Part shown: positions 36,170 through 46,980 of the stretch, in pieces
Position numbering within the stretch: the first letter of the stretch is position 1
Layout: each line of letters opens with the position of its first letter
NCBI GenBank assembly: GCA_038087875.1
Contig: CM075987.1
Span: 19,284,001 to 19,348,000 of the forward strand
Direction of reading: 5' to 3'
Length of the DNA: 64,000 nt
DNA from: Malacoraja senta
Lineage: Eukaryota
Translations under genes and position numbers: made by a program
Notes under the pieces: generated by a model
Seen by the model: only the letters and a program-made list of their open reading frames with translations
Told to the model about the DNA's origin: nothing
Databases searched by the model: none

Positions 36170-37100
36170 GAAGACCGTTCCTGGGGCTCGGGTTGTCAGA
36201 CCGAACCGTGGACGTGGTCACTGCAGCTTGGAGGGATAGCACCAATAAGCAGTACATTTCCTCATCAGGAGATGGGAAGTTTTTGTTTAAATGCTAATAT
36301 AACATATAAATACGGCACGGATAACTGACGTCTTGGAGTTCATTTTCGAATGGGTCTTTGACAAAAAATTAAGTTATAGTGCCATTAACTGTGCCAAAAT
36401 TGCCTTCTCATCATATTTGCTGCAGGGATCGGGACCCACTCTCACACTCTGATATGCAGATTTATGAAGGATATCTTTAACACAAATTCTCCCAGGCCTA
36501 GGTACACCGAAGTATGGGATTTAACATTGTGTTAACACTACTTTGCCGGTGGGCTCCAGCCACATCCTTATCTTTGGCCCGGCTCTCATATAAGGTAGTT
36601 ATGGTCATGGCGCTGGTTCAGCGCTACGTGTCCAGTCGTTGCATAAGCTACGGCTGAACAGAATGGTTATATTTACCAACAAAATAACGTTCTATGTAAT
36701 GAGTTATTAACCTAAGCAGACCGGGGGCGTTGGGTCTAACACTGGAATTCTGGCATATCCTATGGACCATAGATTGTGTGTTGTCACACATATTCATCAA
36801 CATTTTAAGGCTACAAAGAACCTTAGAGGCACTGAGCTGGCAATGTTCGTTAGCCACAAAAAACCTCACAAGAGGGTTTCAGTGCAGACCATCTCCAGAT
36901 GGTTTAGATATGTATAGGCTTGTGCAGGAGTGAACACTGATGTTTTAAATCTCACTCCACCAGGGCTGCAATAACACCAGCTGCTGGACCACGTCCTAGC
37001 GACAGTAGGATGGTCAAATGAGCGGGCTTTCCAAAACTTTTATAATAAACCGATTGCCAGGCCGGGTTCGTTTGCCAACTCAAGTTTAAGTTCTATTCAA
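36170..37100 (+). pseudogene. DIRS tyrosine recombinase remnant
   Basis: RDSTNKQY, LSYSAIN, RFMK.IFN..PRPRY..W, HSTRAA and VGWSNERAFQNFYNKPI. Confidence 0.82.
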
Positions 37101-37252
37101 TAATTTACTTATTTGCTTATTATTAGCATCAGCATGTTTTAAATCTATGTCATGTCTGAATGCATTATTAGTTTTTCAAGCATTTCTGGTCAACTGATGC
37201 AGTGTGTGGTGTGAACTCGTGTTCGCAGCATGAAATCACAGAGCATTGAAAT

Positions 37253-37362
37253 CTTCACGTAGTCACTCACGTGACTCCGGTAAAATAGGAAGATTAAAGG
37301 AGAACTTACCAGTTTGAAGTTTGATCTTTATTTTATGAGGAGTTACGATGAGGGATTACGTG
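37253..37362. repeat. DIRS internal complementary region (ICR)
   Basis: CTTCACGTAGTCACTCACGTGACTCCG..TAAAA is the reverse complement of the left end. TAGGAAGATTAAA..GAGGGATTACGTG is the reverse complement of ~37509-37588. Confidence 0.95.
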
Positions 37363-37896
37363 CCCTCCGCTCCAAACCCTCTTCTCATAAAGGTCATGTG
37401 GTAGTTCTAGTTTCTCGAATCTTCCTATAATCAGTTCAACAACTGTTATCTGTGATTTCAACACTGCTGCTTTGAAGATTGACGCGCATGCGGGCTGGCG
37501 GGCTTCTTCACGTAATCCCTCATCGTAACTCCTCATAAAATAAAGATCAAACTTCAAACTGGTAAGTTCTCGTTTAATCTTCCTATTTGATCTGCCAGAA
37601 CTATTTTTTATAATTTTAACTTACCAAGAATGTTGCAGCCCCAGTGTGCCTGGTAAACCATGGAGAGGGGTTATATCACACCCAGTTTTGGGTAAACTAG
37701 ATCGTCATACCAAATAATCAGTTAACACAGCTTATACAAGAATCAATTACCGGCGTAATGGGACTCCAGGAGCTTCACATGCATCCAGTTCTCTGATCCC
37801 CCCCGATCAATACATTGAACAGTGCCTGCAGCACTTCATCTAATCGTGGCAAGCTCTTGCCTCCACTTCCAGTTTTGGCAAACCCCACATTCTGGA

Positions 37897-38853
37897 GTGG
37901 CGGCGCTGCCTTGGCAGCTGCGGCTCGCCTGCAGTCCGTCTGTTTTTTTCTTTTTGTTGTTGTTTTCTTGTCCTGTTTTAGCTTATTAATTTGAGTTATT
38001 AGGTTGTGTATGTGTGGGGGGGGGTGGGAGAAACGTGTTTTAGTCTTCCTTCGGGGGGATGCGACTTTTCTTCTTGTATCCCCCGTCTCCGTCTGCGCTG
38101 AGGCCTAATGGCGGAGTTGGCGGCCTCCAACTGCGACCGATCTCGAGGCTCCGGAGGCAGAGCCAGCCAGGACTTATCAGCGCGAGGCTGGCCGACTTCA
38201 GGGCTGTGGCGGGTTCTGGCGTTCCGGCGGCGGCACGACTCGGGGCTGAGGCGGTGTTCCGGAGTTCCGGCGGCCCGACTCGGGGCTGAGGCGGTGTTCC
38301 GGCGGCGGTGGCCCGACTCGGGGCTGAGGCGGTGTTCCGGCGTTCCGGCGGCCCGACTCGGGGTTGTGGTGGCGTTCCGGCGGCGGCAACCCGAGTTCGG
38401 AGGTTCGGCTGCGGGCCCAGTGGACGACATCGTCGGGAGCTCGCAGGTCACAGGTTGGTGACCTGTTTTTCCGGAGCTCCCGTGGCAACAGCTTCGTCCG
38501 CTGGACTGGAGGGCGGCAGCTTCGATCACCCCGTGCCGCGGAGATTGAACCGGTCCGTTCGCGGAGCACGGTTGAGCCGCGGAACTTACTTACCATCACC
38601 CGGTGGGGGTCACAAGATCAGAGGCCTGGATCGCCTCAGCGCAGAGGGAGAACAAGGAGGGAAGTGACAATGACTTAAGATTTTTGCCTTCCATCACAGT
38701 GAGGAGGTGTCTGGTGAACTCACTGTGGTGGATGTTACATTTGTGTTTATTGTGTGTTTTGTTATTTTATTATATGTATGACTGCAAGGCAACGAAATTT
38801 CGTCCAGACCGGAAGGTCTGAATGACAATAAAGTTTCCAAGATTCCAAGATTC
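37897..38853 (+). mobile_element. GC-rich non-autonomous retroelement with Rex1-like 3' end (copy C)
   Basis: 5' GTGGCGGCGC..GCAGCTGCGGCTCGCCTGCAGTCCGTCTG. Internal GACTCGGGGCTGAGGCGGTGTTCCGG repeats at ~38220-38400. Hairpin at 38691-38731. The 3' end reads GAAATTTC-stemloop-TGACAATAAA-(TTCCAAGA)n. Confidence 0.7.
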
Positions 38854-39944
38854 AATGTCAGAAACCAAATTTTAAAATGCTGACCCATGCAAGAGGTGGC
38901 AGTGTGAATACAGTGCACAGGTGAATGTGAAATTTGTCAGCATTGGTCCACTTTTTTTGCCCATGTGTAGACAATATACCAACAGCAAGTTACTTTGCAA
39001 TCATCACACACTGCTGAGCAAACAGTTGAAATACTGTGCACAATGCAGATCTTCATTTTACTGAGAGGAGACAGAGATATTGGAAAATATGCTGAAAAGA
39101 TTCACAAAGGTGATACCAAACCTGGCGGATTATGTCTATTTTAAAGATTGAAGGCTTAAAGAAGCGAAAGTAAGGATTTAGCTTAAAGGCAACTGTAAAA
39201 GAGATTAAGTCAAAGGAGATGTATTTGCACACGTGGAGACTCCAGAACTAAGACTCATAATTATGTTATTCACTCCAAGTCCAATGGTAGAAACTTCCTG
39301 TCTAAATGTAGTTAAAATGGGGAAGTTGGAGGAATGAGGATTTGTGAGGAAAGATTATATCAGTGCTGTTTTTTGTAGACAAATTGGTGCCAGTACGTAA
39401 ATAACAGTTCACGTACTGCCATTGGCTGCTGTATGTCAATCCAGTTTTTAACTTTTTAAAGGTTAGGGTACCAACAAGTGCCCTCACAAAAAAAGCACTG
39501 GGTTAAATACAACATATGTTAAAAATATGAAGTAAAGTAGAAAACTTCAACCCAGCAAGTCAAGCAGCAAGTCAGGCAGCATCTCTAGGGAGAGAATAGT
39601 TTAAAGAAACAGAACATATGTTGATGGGATTGGATGAAGCAGGAGGATTTGTGAAGCATAAACTACAGCATAGAGCAGTCGGGCTGAAATGTCTGTTTCT
39701 GTGCTGTAAATTAATTTGTGTGAAGTTTTTTCAGCTCAATTTCCAGTATTTACTAATCAAGTAATTTGTATCATGACAATAGTGTATGTGTCAGTTCTCT
39801 CTATATTTCCTTCAATCTTAACTAAATATTAGTTAAACCAGCAGATAAAAGTCAAAGTTTAGACAATAGTTAACACAACATTAAATTTATAGGTTAATTT
39901 CCATGATACATACAGGTATCGTTTAATTATTTTGGATAATTTTG

Positions 39945-40147
39945 AGCCATTCTGCCATTGAGGTAGTGTTCACGATGAACATCTACAACACTGCCATTTA
40001 CTGTGTAAGTCCTGCTCTGGTTTAACTTCCAAGAATGAATCATTTCACTCTTGTCTGAGTTAAATTTGATTTGCCATTCCTTTGCCCACACCACCAATTT
40101 TGGTGTCATTAGCAAACTTATTATGTCAGCGAGACTCTCATCCAAAT
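39945..40147 (-). mobile_element. CR1 RT fragment
   Basis: ISKFANDTKIGG..WAKEWQIKFNSDKSEMIH. Confidence 0.75.
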
Positions 40148-40298
40148 TATTAATAAATCATTAAGAATGAATTAATTAATGGAGCTGATGGATTAGGTTC
40201 AGACAGTTAGGTAGGTTAACAGGGTGGTAGATAGCATTTTAGTTAAGTTCTTGCAATGATCCGAGGCAGCTGGGGAATTTTGAATTCAGTTACATTTG

Positions 40299-40607
40299 TG
40301 GGCGGCACAGTGGTGTTGCGGTAGAGCTGCTGCCTTACAGCGCTAGAGTTCCAAGTTCGACCCTGATTACCGGTGCTGTCTGTACCGAGTTTGTACGTTC
40401 TCCCTGTGACTGCGTGGGTTTTCTCTGGGAGCTCCGGTTTCCTCCCACAGTCTAAAGACGTACAGGTTTGTAGGTTAATTAGCTTCGGAAATTGTCTCTC
40501 GTGTGTAAGTATAGTGATATTTTACGGGATGATGTCTGGTCGATGAGGACCCGGTGGGCCGAAGGGCCTGTTTCCCGCACTGTATCTCTAAACTAAACCA
40601 AATAAAC
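40299..40607 (+). repeat. HE1/V-SINE-like tRNA-derived SINE
   Basis: GGGCGGCACAGTGGTG..GGTAGAGCTGCTGCCTTACAGCGC..GTTCGACCC, a conserved core, and the CR1-like tail GGGCCGAAGGGCCTGTTTCC..CTCTAAACTAAAC. Confidence 0.88.
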
Positions 40608-41094
40608 CTGAAATAAAAAATAAAAAATCTGGACTCAGTAAGCACAATGCCACTAAAAACCCAAAGGTTCAATTATGTCTTTCATGGAAGGAATTATTTT
40701 GGCTTTGCCTGATCTGATCTATATGTGACTCTGGACCCATCAATGTGGTTGACTCTTAACTGCCTCCTTGGTTCAGGGGCAATCAGGGATTGTCAATAAA
40801 CACAAGTATTCCCAATAGTGTCCACAAACTTTGAATGAACAAACTTTAAAAAAAATCTCAGCCAACCAAAGGAATGGTTATCACCACAGTTGATGGATGG
40901 ATCTTTGGATGCTAAGGGAATTGAGAGCGGTGGGGGTAATGCAGAAAAATTGTGCTGAGGGATAAGGTCAGCCATGATCCTATTGAATGTTGGAATAGAC
41001 ACGCGAATGAGGATCTACATCTACTATTTTTTAGATTAACTCAGAAAAAGAAAATTAAACGTATTTGTATATTGCATTTCACAACACTGGGCAT

Positions 41095-41330
41095 TACCTT
41101 TTGCACTTTTGAAGTATAATTATTGCTGTGGTGTAAGTAGTGCTGCAGCTAATTTAGGTACTTTTGGTTGCCACATGTGGTTGTATAAATGACCAGCTAA
41201 TCTTTATGATTAGCTGGTCATTTGCTGTGTGATTGGGGTCTAATAATTAGCCAGAGCACCAGGGTGAATTCCCATGCACTTTGATTAATGTCACTTACAT
41301 CAGGGCTTCATTTAACCCTTGCATCTCACA
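41095..41330 (-). repeat. Ancient DeuSINE/SacSINE1-like relic
   Basis: AATGACCAG.TAATC..AATTAGCCAGAGCACCAGGGTGAATTCCC resembles the reverse complement of the Deu domain. Recognised by eye only. Confidence 0.45.
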
Positions 41331-41525
41331 GCATCACTATATCTCATCCAAACAACAGCATTGAAAGACGTCCTGTCCCATCACAAACTCCTCAGCATGT
41401 GGTACCAAAACTGTTCAGGCAGTCATTTATAGTTAACAACTAAAATACGCTGCTGTTGTTTTCACTCTGATGATGGCTTCTCACTTTCTTTAATGGTATT
41501 CCACCATTTGCCCCTTCCTTTACAG

Positions 41526-41746
41526 CTCAGGCATCTATCATTACATCCCCGCAGACAGAGGAATTTTTTGACTTGATAGCAAGTTCTCAGAGTCGGAGGT
41601 TAGATGATCAACGAGCCAATGTGGGCGGCCTGCCTGGACTGAGGATCACACACAATAACAGCCAGGTGGTGATGGGGCATCTGCGGCCCGATGGAGATCC
41701 TCAGGAGCCCGGAGATGATTTCTTCAACATGTTAATGAAATGCCAG
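41526..41746 (+). CDS. GPSM1: GPSM1/AGS3 exon, GoLoco 2 and first half of GoLoco 3
   Basis: Acceptor CCTTTACAG and donor GTGGGA; 221 nt, phase 1 to 0. Encodes SQASIITSPQTEEFFDLIASSQSRRLDDQRANVGGLPGLRITHNN..PQEPGDDFFNMLMKCQ. Confidence 0.96.
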
Positions 41747-42417
41747 GTGGGAACTGTGAGGGGTCTGGCTCACTCCAGGAGTGAGGAAAATCCCACTGCT
41801 TTAGCAATGTATCACATGTATGAATATGTTAACATTGAATGGTATGCTTACCTTCATCAAATGGGGTATTAAGTATGAGTCAGGAAGTCATGTTGCATCT
41901 TTATTGGACTGGTTAGGCCGCATTTGTAGTATTGGATACAAGATTGATTGACAGACATAAAAATAGTGGCAAGTGATTGTTTAGGAATGGTGGGCACCTT
42001 GAGTTGGTATTAGGATATCTGCTCTTTTGACGTCTGTTAATAATCCTGATTCCACATCCAGTTCCCTACTCTTTCTCTGTAGTTCCACAAATTCTCTTCC
42101 CCTTGAGGTATTTCTCTTGAATTCCTTTTGAATGTGCATCCACTCACATGATGTTAAACTCAAGTGTTAAAGCAATGTGATAAACTCAGTGATAGTCACC
42201 AACAGAGTGGTGAAATGGGCTGATTAACTCATACAAGGAAGTATGAAATGTTTTGGCAGGCAGAATGGGGAAAGACAAATTTTAAACAGAGCAGATGATG
42301 GGATTAACAGCAGTCCAGTGGATGCAAGTCCAAATCCCACCAATACATTTGAATTCAGTTTAAAATTAATCCCTGCAAATAACACAGGCATCAATAGTGT
42401 TCAGGAAGCTGCAGGAG

Positions 42418-43040
42418 TACATAGAACAGTACAGCGTAGGAACAGGATCTTTGGCCCACTATGTCTTTGCCGAACACGATGCCAAGACCAGCTCTTATCG
42501 GTCTGCACATAAACCATATCCCTCGATTTCCTCCAGTCTCCTAAATGCCACTGACGTATCTGCCTCCACCACCTCCCCCACTCGTGTATTCCAGGCAATC
42601 GCCACCCTCTGCATTAAAAAAAAACTTGCCCACACATCTCCTTCAAACGTTTCCCCATCACACCTTAAAGCTTGCCCTCTACAAGTTGACATTTCCACTC
42701 GGGGGGGGGGGGGGGGGGGGGGAAGGTTCTGACTGTCCTATCTTTGCCTCTCATAATTTTATATACTTCTATCAGTCTCACTTCTATCCCCCCAACCTCT
42801 GCTGTTCCAGAGAAAATAATCCAAGTCTGTCCAACGGTTGCTAATACCTCCTAATCCATCACCATTCTGGTAAACTTCCTCAGCATGGTTTCCAAAGCTT
42901 CCACATCCTTCCAGTAATGGGGTAACCAGAACTCCATACATTACTCCAAATGCGACCTAATCAAAGTCCTATAAAGCTGCATCATGACTTCCTGACTCCT
43001 ATATTCAATGACCTGATCAATGAAAGCTACCATACCAAAT
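42418..43040 (-). mobile_element. CR1 3' fragment
   Basis: The minus strand gives LEYCMEFW.P..KDVEAL and FFLMQRVAIAWNT..EVVEADTSVAFRR plus the tail. Confidence 0.8.
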
Positions 43041-43181
43041 GGCCATTGAAAACCTAAAGGATTTATTAATGTGAGGAGACATGTCTTTATGGACTGGACA
43101 TGTGTCATTCCAGCCTCATACTAATGTTCAGACCTTTAACTGCCCCCTTAAGTGGCCAACGAAGACACTGTATTAGCTATA

Positions 43182-43606
43182 AAGAGAGACTGGACAAATT
43201 TAGATTGTTTTCTTTGGAGAGTCGGAGGCTGAGGGGGAGACTGGATAGAAGTATATAAAATCATGGGATGCGTAGTAAGGTTAGACAGTCTGAACCTTTA
43301 TCCAAGGGTGGAGATGTTAAAGACTAGAGGCCATAGCGTTAAGATGAGAGGGGCCAAGTTTAAAGGAGAAGTATAGAGCAGGCTGTTTTACATGGACAAT
43401 GGTGGGTGCCTGGAATATGCTAGGAGTGGTGGTGGAGGCAGATTTGATAGTGGCATTTAAGAAGCTTTTGGATAGGCGCATGGATATGTAGGGAATGGAG
43501 TTAGATGGATCATGTGCAGACACAGGAGATTGGTTCAACTTTGCATAATGTTTGGCACAGATATTGTGGGCCAAAGGCCCTGTTCGTGTATTGTACTTTT
43601 CTGTGT
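43182..43606 (+). mobile_element. CR1 3' fragment
   Basis: ERLDKFRLFSLESRRLRGRLDRSI..TRGHSVKMRGAKFKG and the tail GGGCCAAAGGCCCTGTT. Confidence 0.8.
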
Positions 43607-43882
43607 TTGACTCTCCCTTCTCAAGAAAATGATGGAATGGTCACAAAGGACCAGCATGGCCAATAGGGTCTAAATCCCACAGATTTCAAAGATGTTCATG
43701 CTTGGACAGACTTTCAGCCAATGGGCCTCTCCCTGTGCTCGACTGTTTTAAGTTAATCATACCCTCCCTAAATACCCCCAGTCAGTATGCCATCATTGTT
43801 TGGTTAAAACTATTATAAGCAGTCTCCTTCATTTTAGGTGGGCTGATGTGTGATGATTCAAATGCATAATTTTCTGTTGCAG

Positions 43883-44065
43883 TCGTCCAGGATAGATGAC
43901 CAGAGATGTGCTCCTCCCAGCCCGACACCAAGAGGACCCACTGTCCCCGACGAGGATTTTTTCAGCCTGATCCAGAGGGTGCAGGCCAAGCGGATGGACG
44001 AGCAGCGTGTTGACCTTCCCTCAAACCGTGAAGGGCTGGAACAGAGCGGGCCTAGCTCCTGCTGA
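43883..44065 (+). CDS. GPSM1: GPSM1/AGS3 terminal coding exon (end of GoLoco 3, GoLoco 4, stop)
   Basis: Acceptor TTTTCTGTTGCAG. Encodes SSRIDDQRCAPPSPTPRGPTVPDEDFFSLIQRVQAKRMDEQRVDLPSNREGLEQSGPSSC with TGA at 44063-44065. IQRVQAKRMDEQRVDL is AGS3-type rather than LGN-type. Confidence 0.96.
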   Translation, partial: SSRIDDQRCAPPSPTPRGPTVPDEDFFSLIQRVQAKRMDEQRVDLPSNREGLEQSGPSSC

Positions 44066-46595
44066 GCAGTGTGCGGCTGACAGACTTGTAAACAAGCTGG
44101 ACTTGCTGTGCGGATCAATGCCCCTGCCAACACTACAAGGGAGCCCAGGCCAAAAGCTGTCCACACTACCCCTGTGAGATCACCACATGCTTCTAGACAA
44201 CTGCTTAAAGCTCCTCACAATTAATGAACCAAAATATGAACATTTTATGCTTTATTTCAAATGGTACAAGAGTTATCCATGGGGGGTGAAAAGATGTAAG
44301 CACATCATTAGGTAAATTTGCACACTGTGGCATTGAATGAATGTAACACTGCAGGTACTGTAGGACATATGGGTCTGTAGTCACATACAGATTTCAACAG
44401 ACTTATACACAGAGTGCATGCAGGCAAAATGACATGCACACATACATGTCACTCGGCTCAATTCATACAGTTCACAGGTGCAGACACATCTGATACATTA
44501 TCTCACAAACATTATGGATATTATACACTTCATACATACAAACAAACCACATTCCATGTTCAATCCACATCTAGCCTAGAGCCACTTAGAGATTGATTAA
44601 TTTCCTTGCTTTGATTTTTCATAAAAGAACATTGGTCGAACAGATTGTTTTCTTTTATTGAAGGTGTTGCTTCTAATTTCGCTGTTGTGAAGTTACAGTG
44701 ACAGATTTTAACTTTTAAATTTACAAAATTAAACAAAGCATTTTGACAATATGTGGCAATAAGTTGCAGCCCTCTTCGACTTGTGCATTGTGTGCACCAT
44801 ATCTTACACATCGAGGTGAGATCAAAATCCTCCATGTTACGGATGATCTATTGAGCTGTATATTACGTGAATCAGTCCCGAGAGACATGAACACTGACAG
44901 TGCCACAGATTTTCTACGGGAACAATTTGGAATCCTGGCTAATTCTATCGAGAACCCAGAGGTGCTCTATTTACTAACAGTACATGGAAACCCTGGGATT
45001 GCATCAGGACTGCCTGTCAAAAAGCACTAGGAATTTAAGTGAAAGTTACTACATGCAATTAAAAGGGAGTAAATAATAACATAATACTAATGACAAACAG
45101 TGTCATCTTGAAATTACAATTGTAATGAGTTTGTATGGAATTATTTTCCCTGCTATCAAAAACACTTGCTAAAATGCAACAGTTAAAATAGTGGATTGAG
45201 AATTAAGGACATATTGGTGCTACAAACTGATGCTGTATTTCACAGCCAAGGTATACATCATGCAATTTAACTGCATCTTTAGTTCCATAAGGCATTTCTG
45301 TAGAAAGTTTTTCTTTGTTTCAGAAAATGAATGTAATTAGGAACCATGGCAGAAGCAATTCTATTCTCTTCATGCTATTCTCAATTTGTTGTCTTCGCTG
45401 GAAGCATGGTGACTGCATTTCCTTACTCCAACCCCCAAGTTGGTAAAAGACAAAATTGAATTTGCTGTTATTTTATATATAAAATTTGCAATTTTCCAAA
45501 TTTCTCCAAACTCCTGTTTCTCCTTGTAACTGTCTTCTGCGTTATCCGTTTCCTACCTCTCTTACAAGCAGTTGAAAGACAAATTCTCAGTGCGAGGTTC
45601 CTTGGTGCCACACTGAAATCATAATGTTGCTGCATTTTTAAATGATAATAATTGCTTTGTATTTTTTTTTAATTGTGTTTTATGATTAACCTGTGTGCCA
45701 CAGTGGAGCTTAGTTTGCCCCACCCGGTGAAATAAAATGGTTCCACTGCTCTAAAAGAGCTGGCTGCCAGTTATCCTTGAACCCAACATCAGTGCAAGCA
45801 GATAGGTACCTCACTGTTTGTGGGTTTTGCTGGGCACACTTCAGCCGCTGACTGGTTTCAGAAGTAATTCATTGGCTGTGAAATGATTTGTGGCATCCTT
45901 CACATTGTGGAAAATTGAAGAGAAATGCAAGTGCTTCAATTAAGTTCCTGCAAATGTTATATATGGTGTTTGGAGGAGGACTGATCAATGTATCCAGTAT
46001 GGAGTCACACGGCTGGACCCAGCACAATGAGAACCACCGCCAGACCCGGTCAGTGCACCCTGGTGATGAACTCTCAACCTACACCAGCATCAGTCCTTAA
46101 AATGTGAAGAAAGTGACCTAATGCCTCCTTTGGTACCAATACCCCTTCCAGCTTTTCATAATAGATTTTCATTTCTAACCTATTGAACTACAAAACAAGA
46201 ACAGGCCAAGGATGTCCAGGACATGAAGAGCACAACAGCAGAGAAATTCAAAGGTGCAGATCAATCCACTGTACTGCCGTAAAAACAATTTATAATTCAG
46301 GGTTCAATTTATGGATGAATGAAAGAGCTTTTGGTCACCTTAGGAGAGATGTAAATGCTGTACCCTGTTGTAACTGCTGCTGTATGTTTAACATTATGAA
46401 CCTTAAAATCCCCTTCTGGTACTATTTTTTCTTTCATCCAAACACTGCCAGTAAGTAAAGCATTTCTCTCTTAGATTTCAGACAATTTATGTAAATACTG
46501 TGAGCTAATTTTATCTAAAAGATTCAGTTTCAGTTAATTCGCAAATGTATTAATTTTTACACAAGTTTGTAATAAAACTACAAACTGTGCACCGA
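44066..46595 (+). other. GPSM1: Probable GPSM1 3'UTR
   Basis: AT-rich stretch free of young transposons. It ends in typical distal-UTR sequence (TGTAAATA at 46490, AATAAA at 46571, U/GU-rich downstream), with an alternative AATAAA near 45732. Confidence 0.6.
46571..46576 (+). promoter_or_regulatory. Candidate polyadenylation signal
   Basis: AATAAA with a U-rich upstream context and TTGTTTTGCTTT about 20-30 nt downstream. Confidence 0.6.
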
Positions 46596-46852
46596 TTGTT
46601 TTGCTTTATCCAGCTAATGCCAGATAATGGAGGCTGATATCAGCAAGTGTTTCCAGTGATGTGATTTCTGAACCCATTTTGTTCCTGCACCATATGGCAG
46701 ATTAGGAGCTGCTAGGACTGCCCACCAGACTTAGAAAGCCTGAGCTGGTAAACCCACACTCCCAAGAGAGGCAGACCCAAGTGATGTAACAAAGTTTGGG
46801 TTAAAAGAACAGGGAGACACAGACCTGGTCAAATATTTTCCTGGTTATCAGT

Positions 46853-46980
46853 ACAATAGACAATAGGTGCAGGAGTAGGCCATTTGGCCCTTCGAGCCAG
46901 CACCTCCATTTAATGTGATCATGGCTGATCATCCCCAATCAGTACCCCGTTCCTGCCTTCTCCCCATATCCCCTGACTAT
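46853..46980 (-). mobile_element. CR1 3'UTR fragment
   Basis: CAATAGACAATAGGTGCAGGAGTAGGCC..TGTGATCATGGCTGATCATC is the reverse complement of the CR1 tail. Confidence 0.85.

Larger units (their letters stand above)
32220..37588 (+). mobile_element. DIRS1-type tyrosine-recombinase retrotransposon, full length, decayed
   Basis: Left ITR TTTTACTTCGGAGTCACGTGAGTGACTACGTGAAGAAGCCCGCCAGC. Right ITR plus extension at 37478-37588, ending CCTATTT. The internal complementary region (37253-37362) is complementary to both outer ends. Remnants of gag, RT, RNase H, MTase-like and YR domains occur in the expected order. Confidence 0.95.

Noticed and set aside
37999..38678. Overlapping 100-176 aa ORFs on both strands
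   Set aside because: They arise from the GC-rich tandem repeat in copy C and are not shared with copies A and B.
41747..41872. Read-through of ORF 41573-41872 past the exon
   Set aside because: Homology stops at the CAG|GTGGGA donor, and GoLoco 3 is completed only by splicing to 43883.
42700..42722. Long G runs (also 16686, 25373, 28824, 33497) as G-quadruplex elements
   Set aside because: Simple homopolymer expansions, mostly within repeats and prone to sequencing error; no evidence of function.
41526..44065. Calling the gene GPSM2 (LGN)
   Set aside because: GoLoco 2-4 and the C-terminus match AGS3-type residues and lack the longer LGN tail. A phylogeny is still needed to settle it.
44743..45030. 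95-aa ORF after the GPSM1 stop
   Set aside because: Non-ATG start and no recognisable domain, within the probable 3'UTR.
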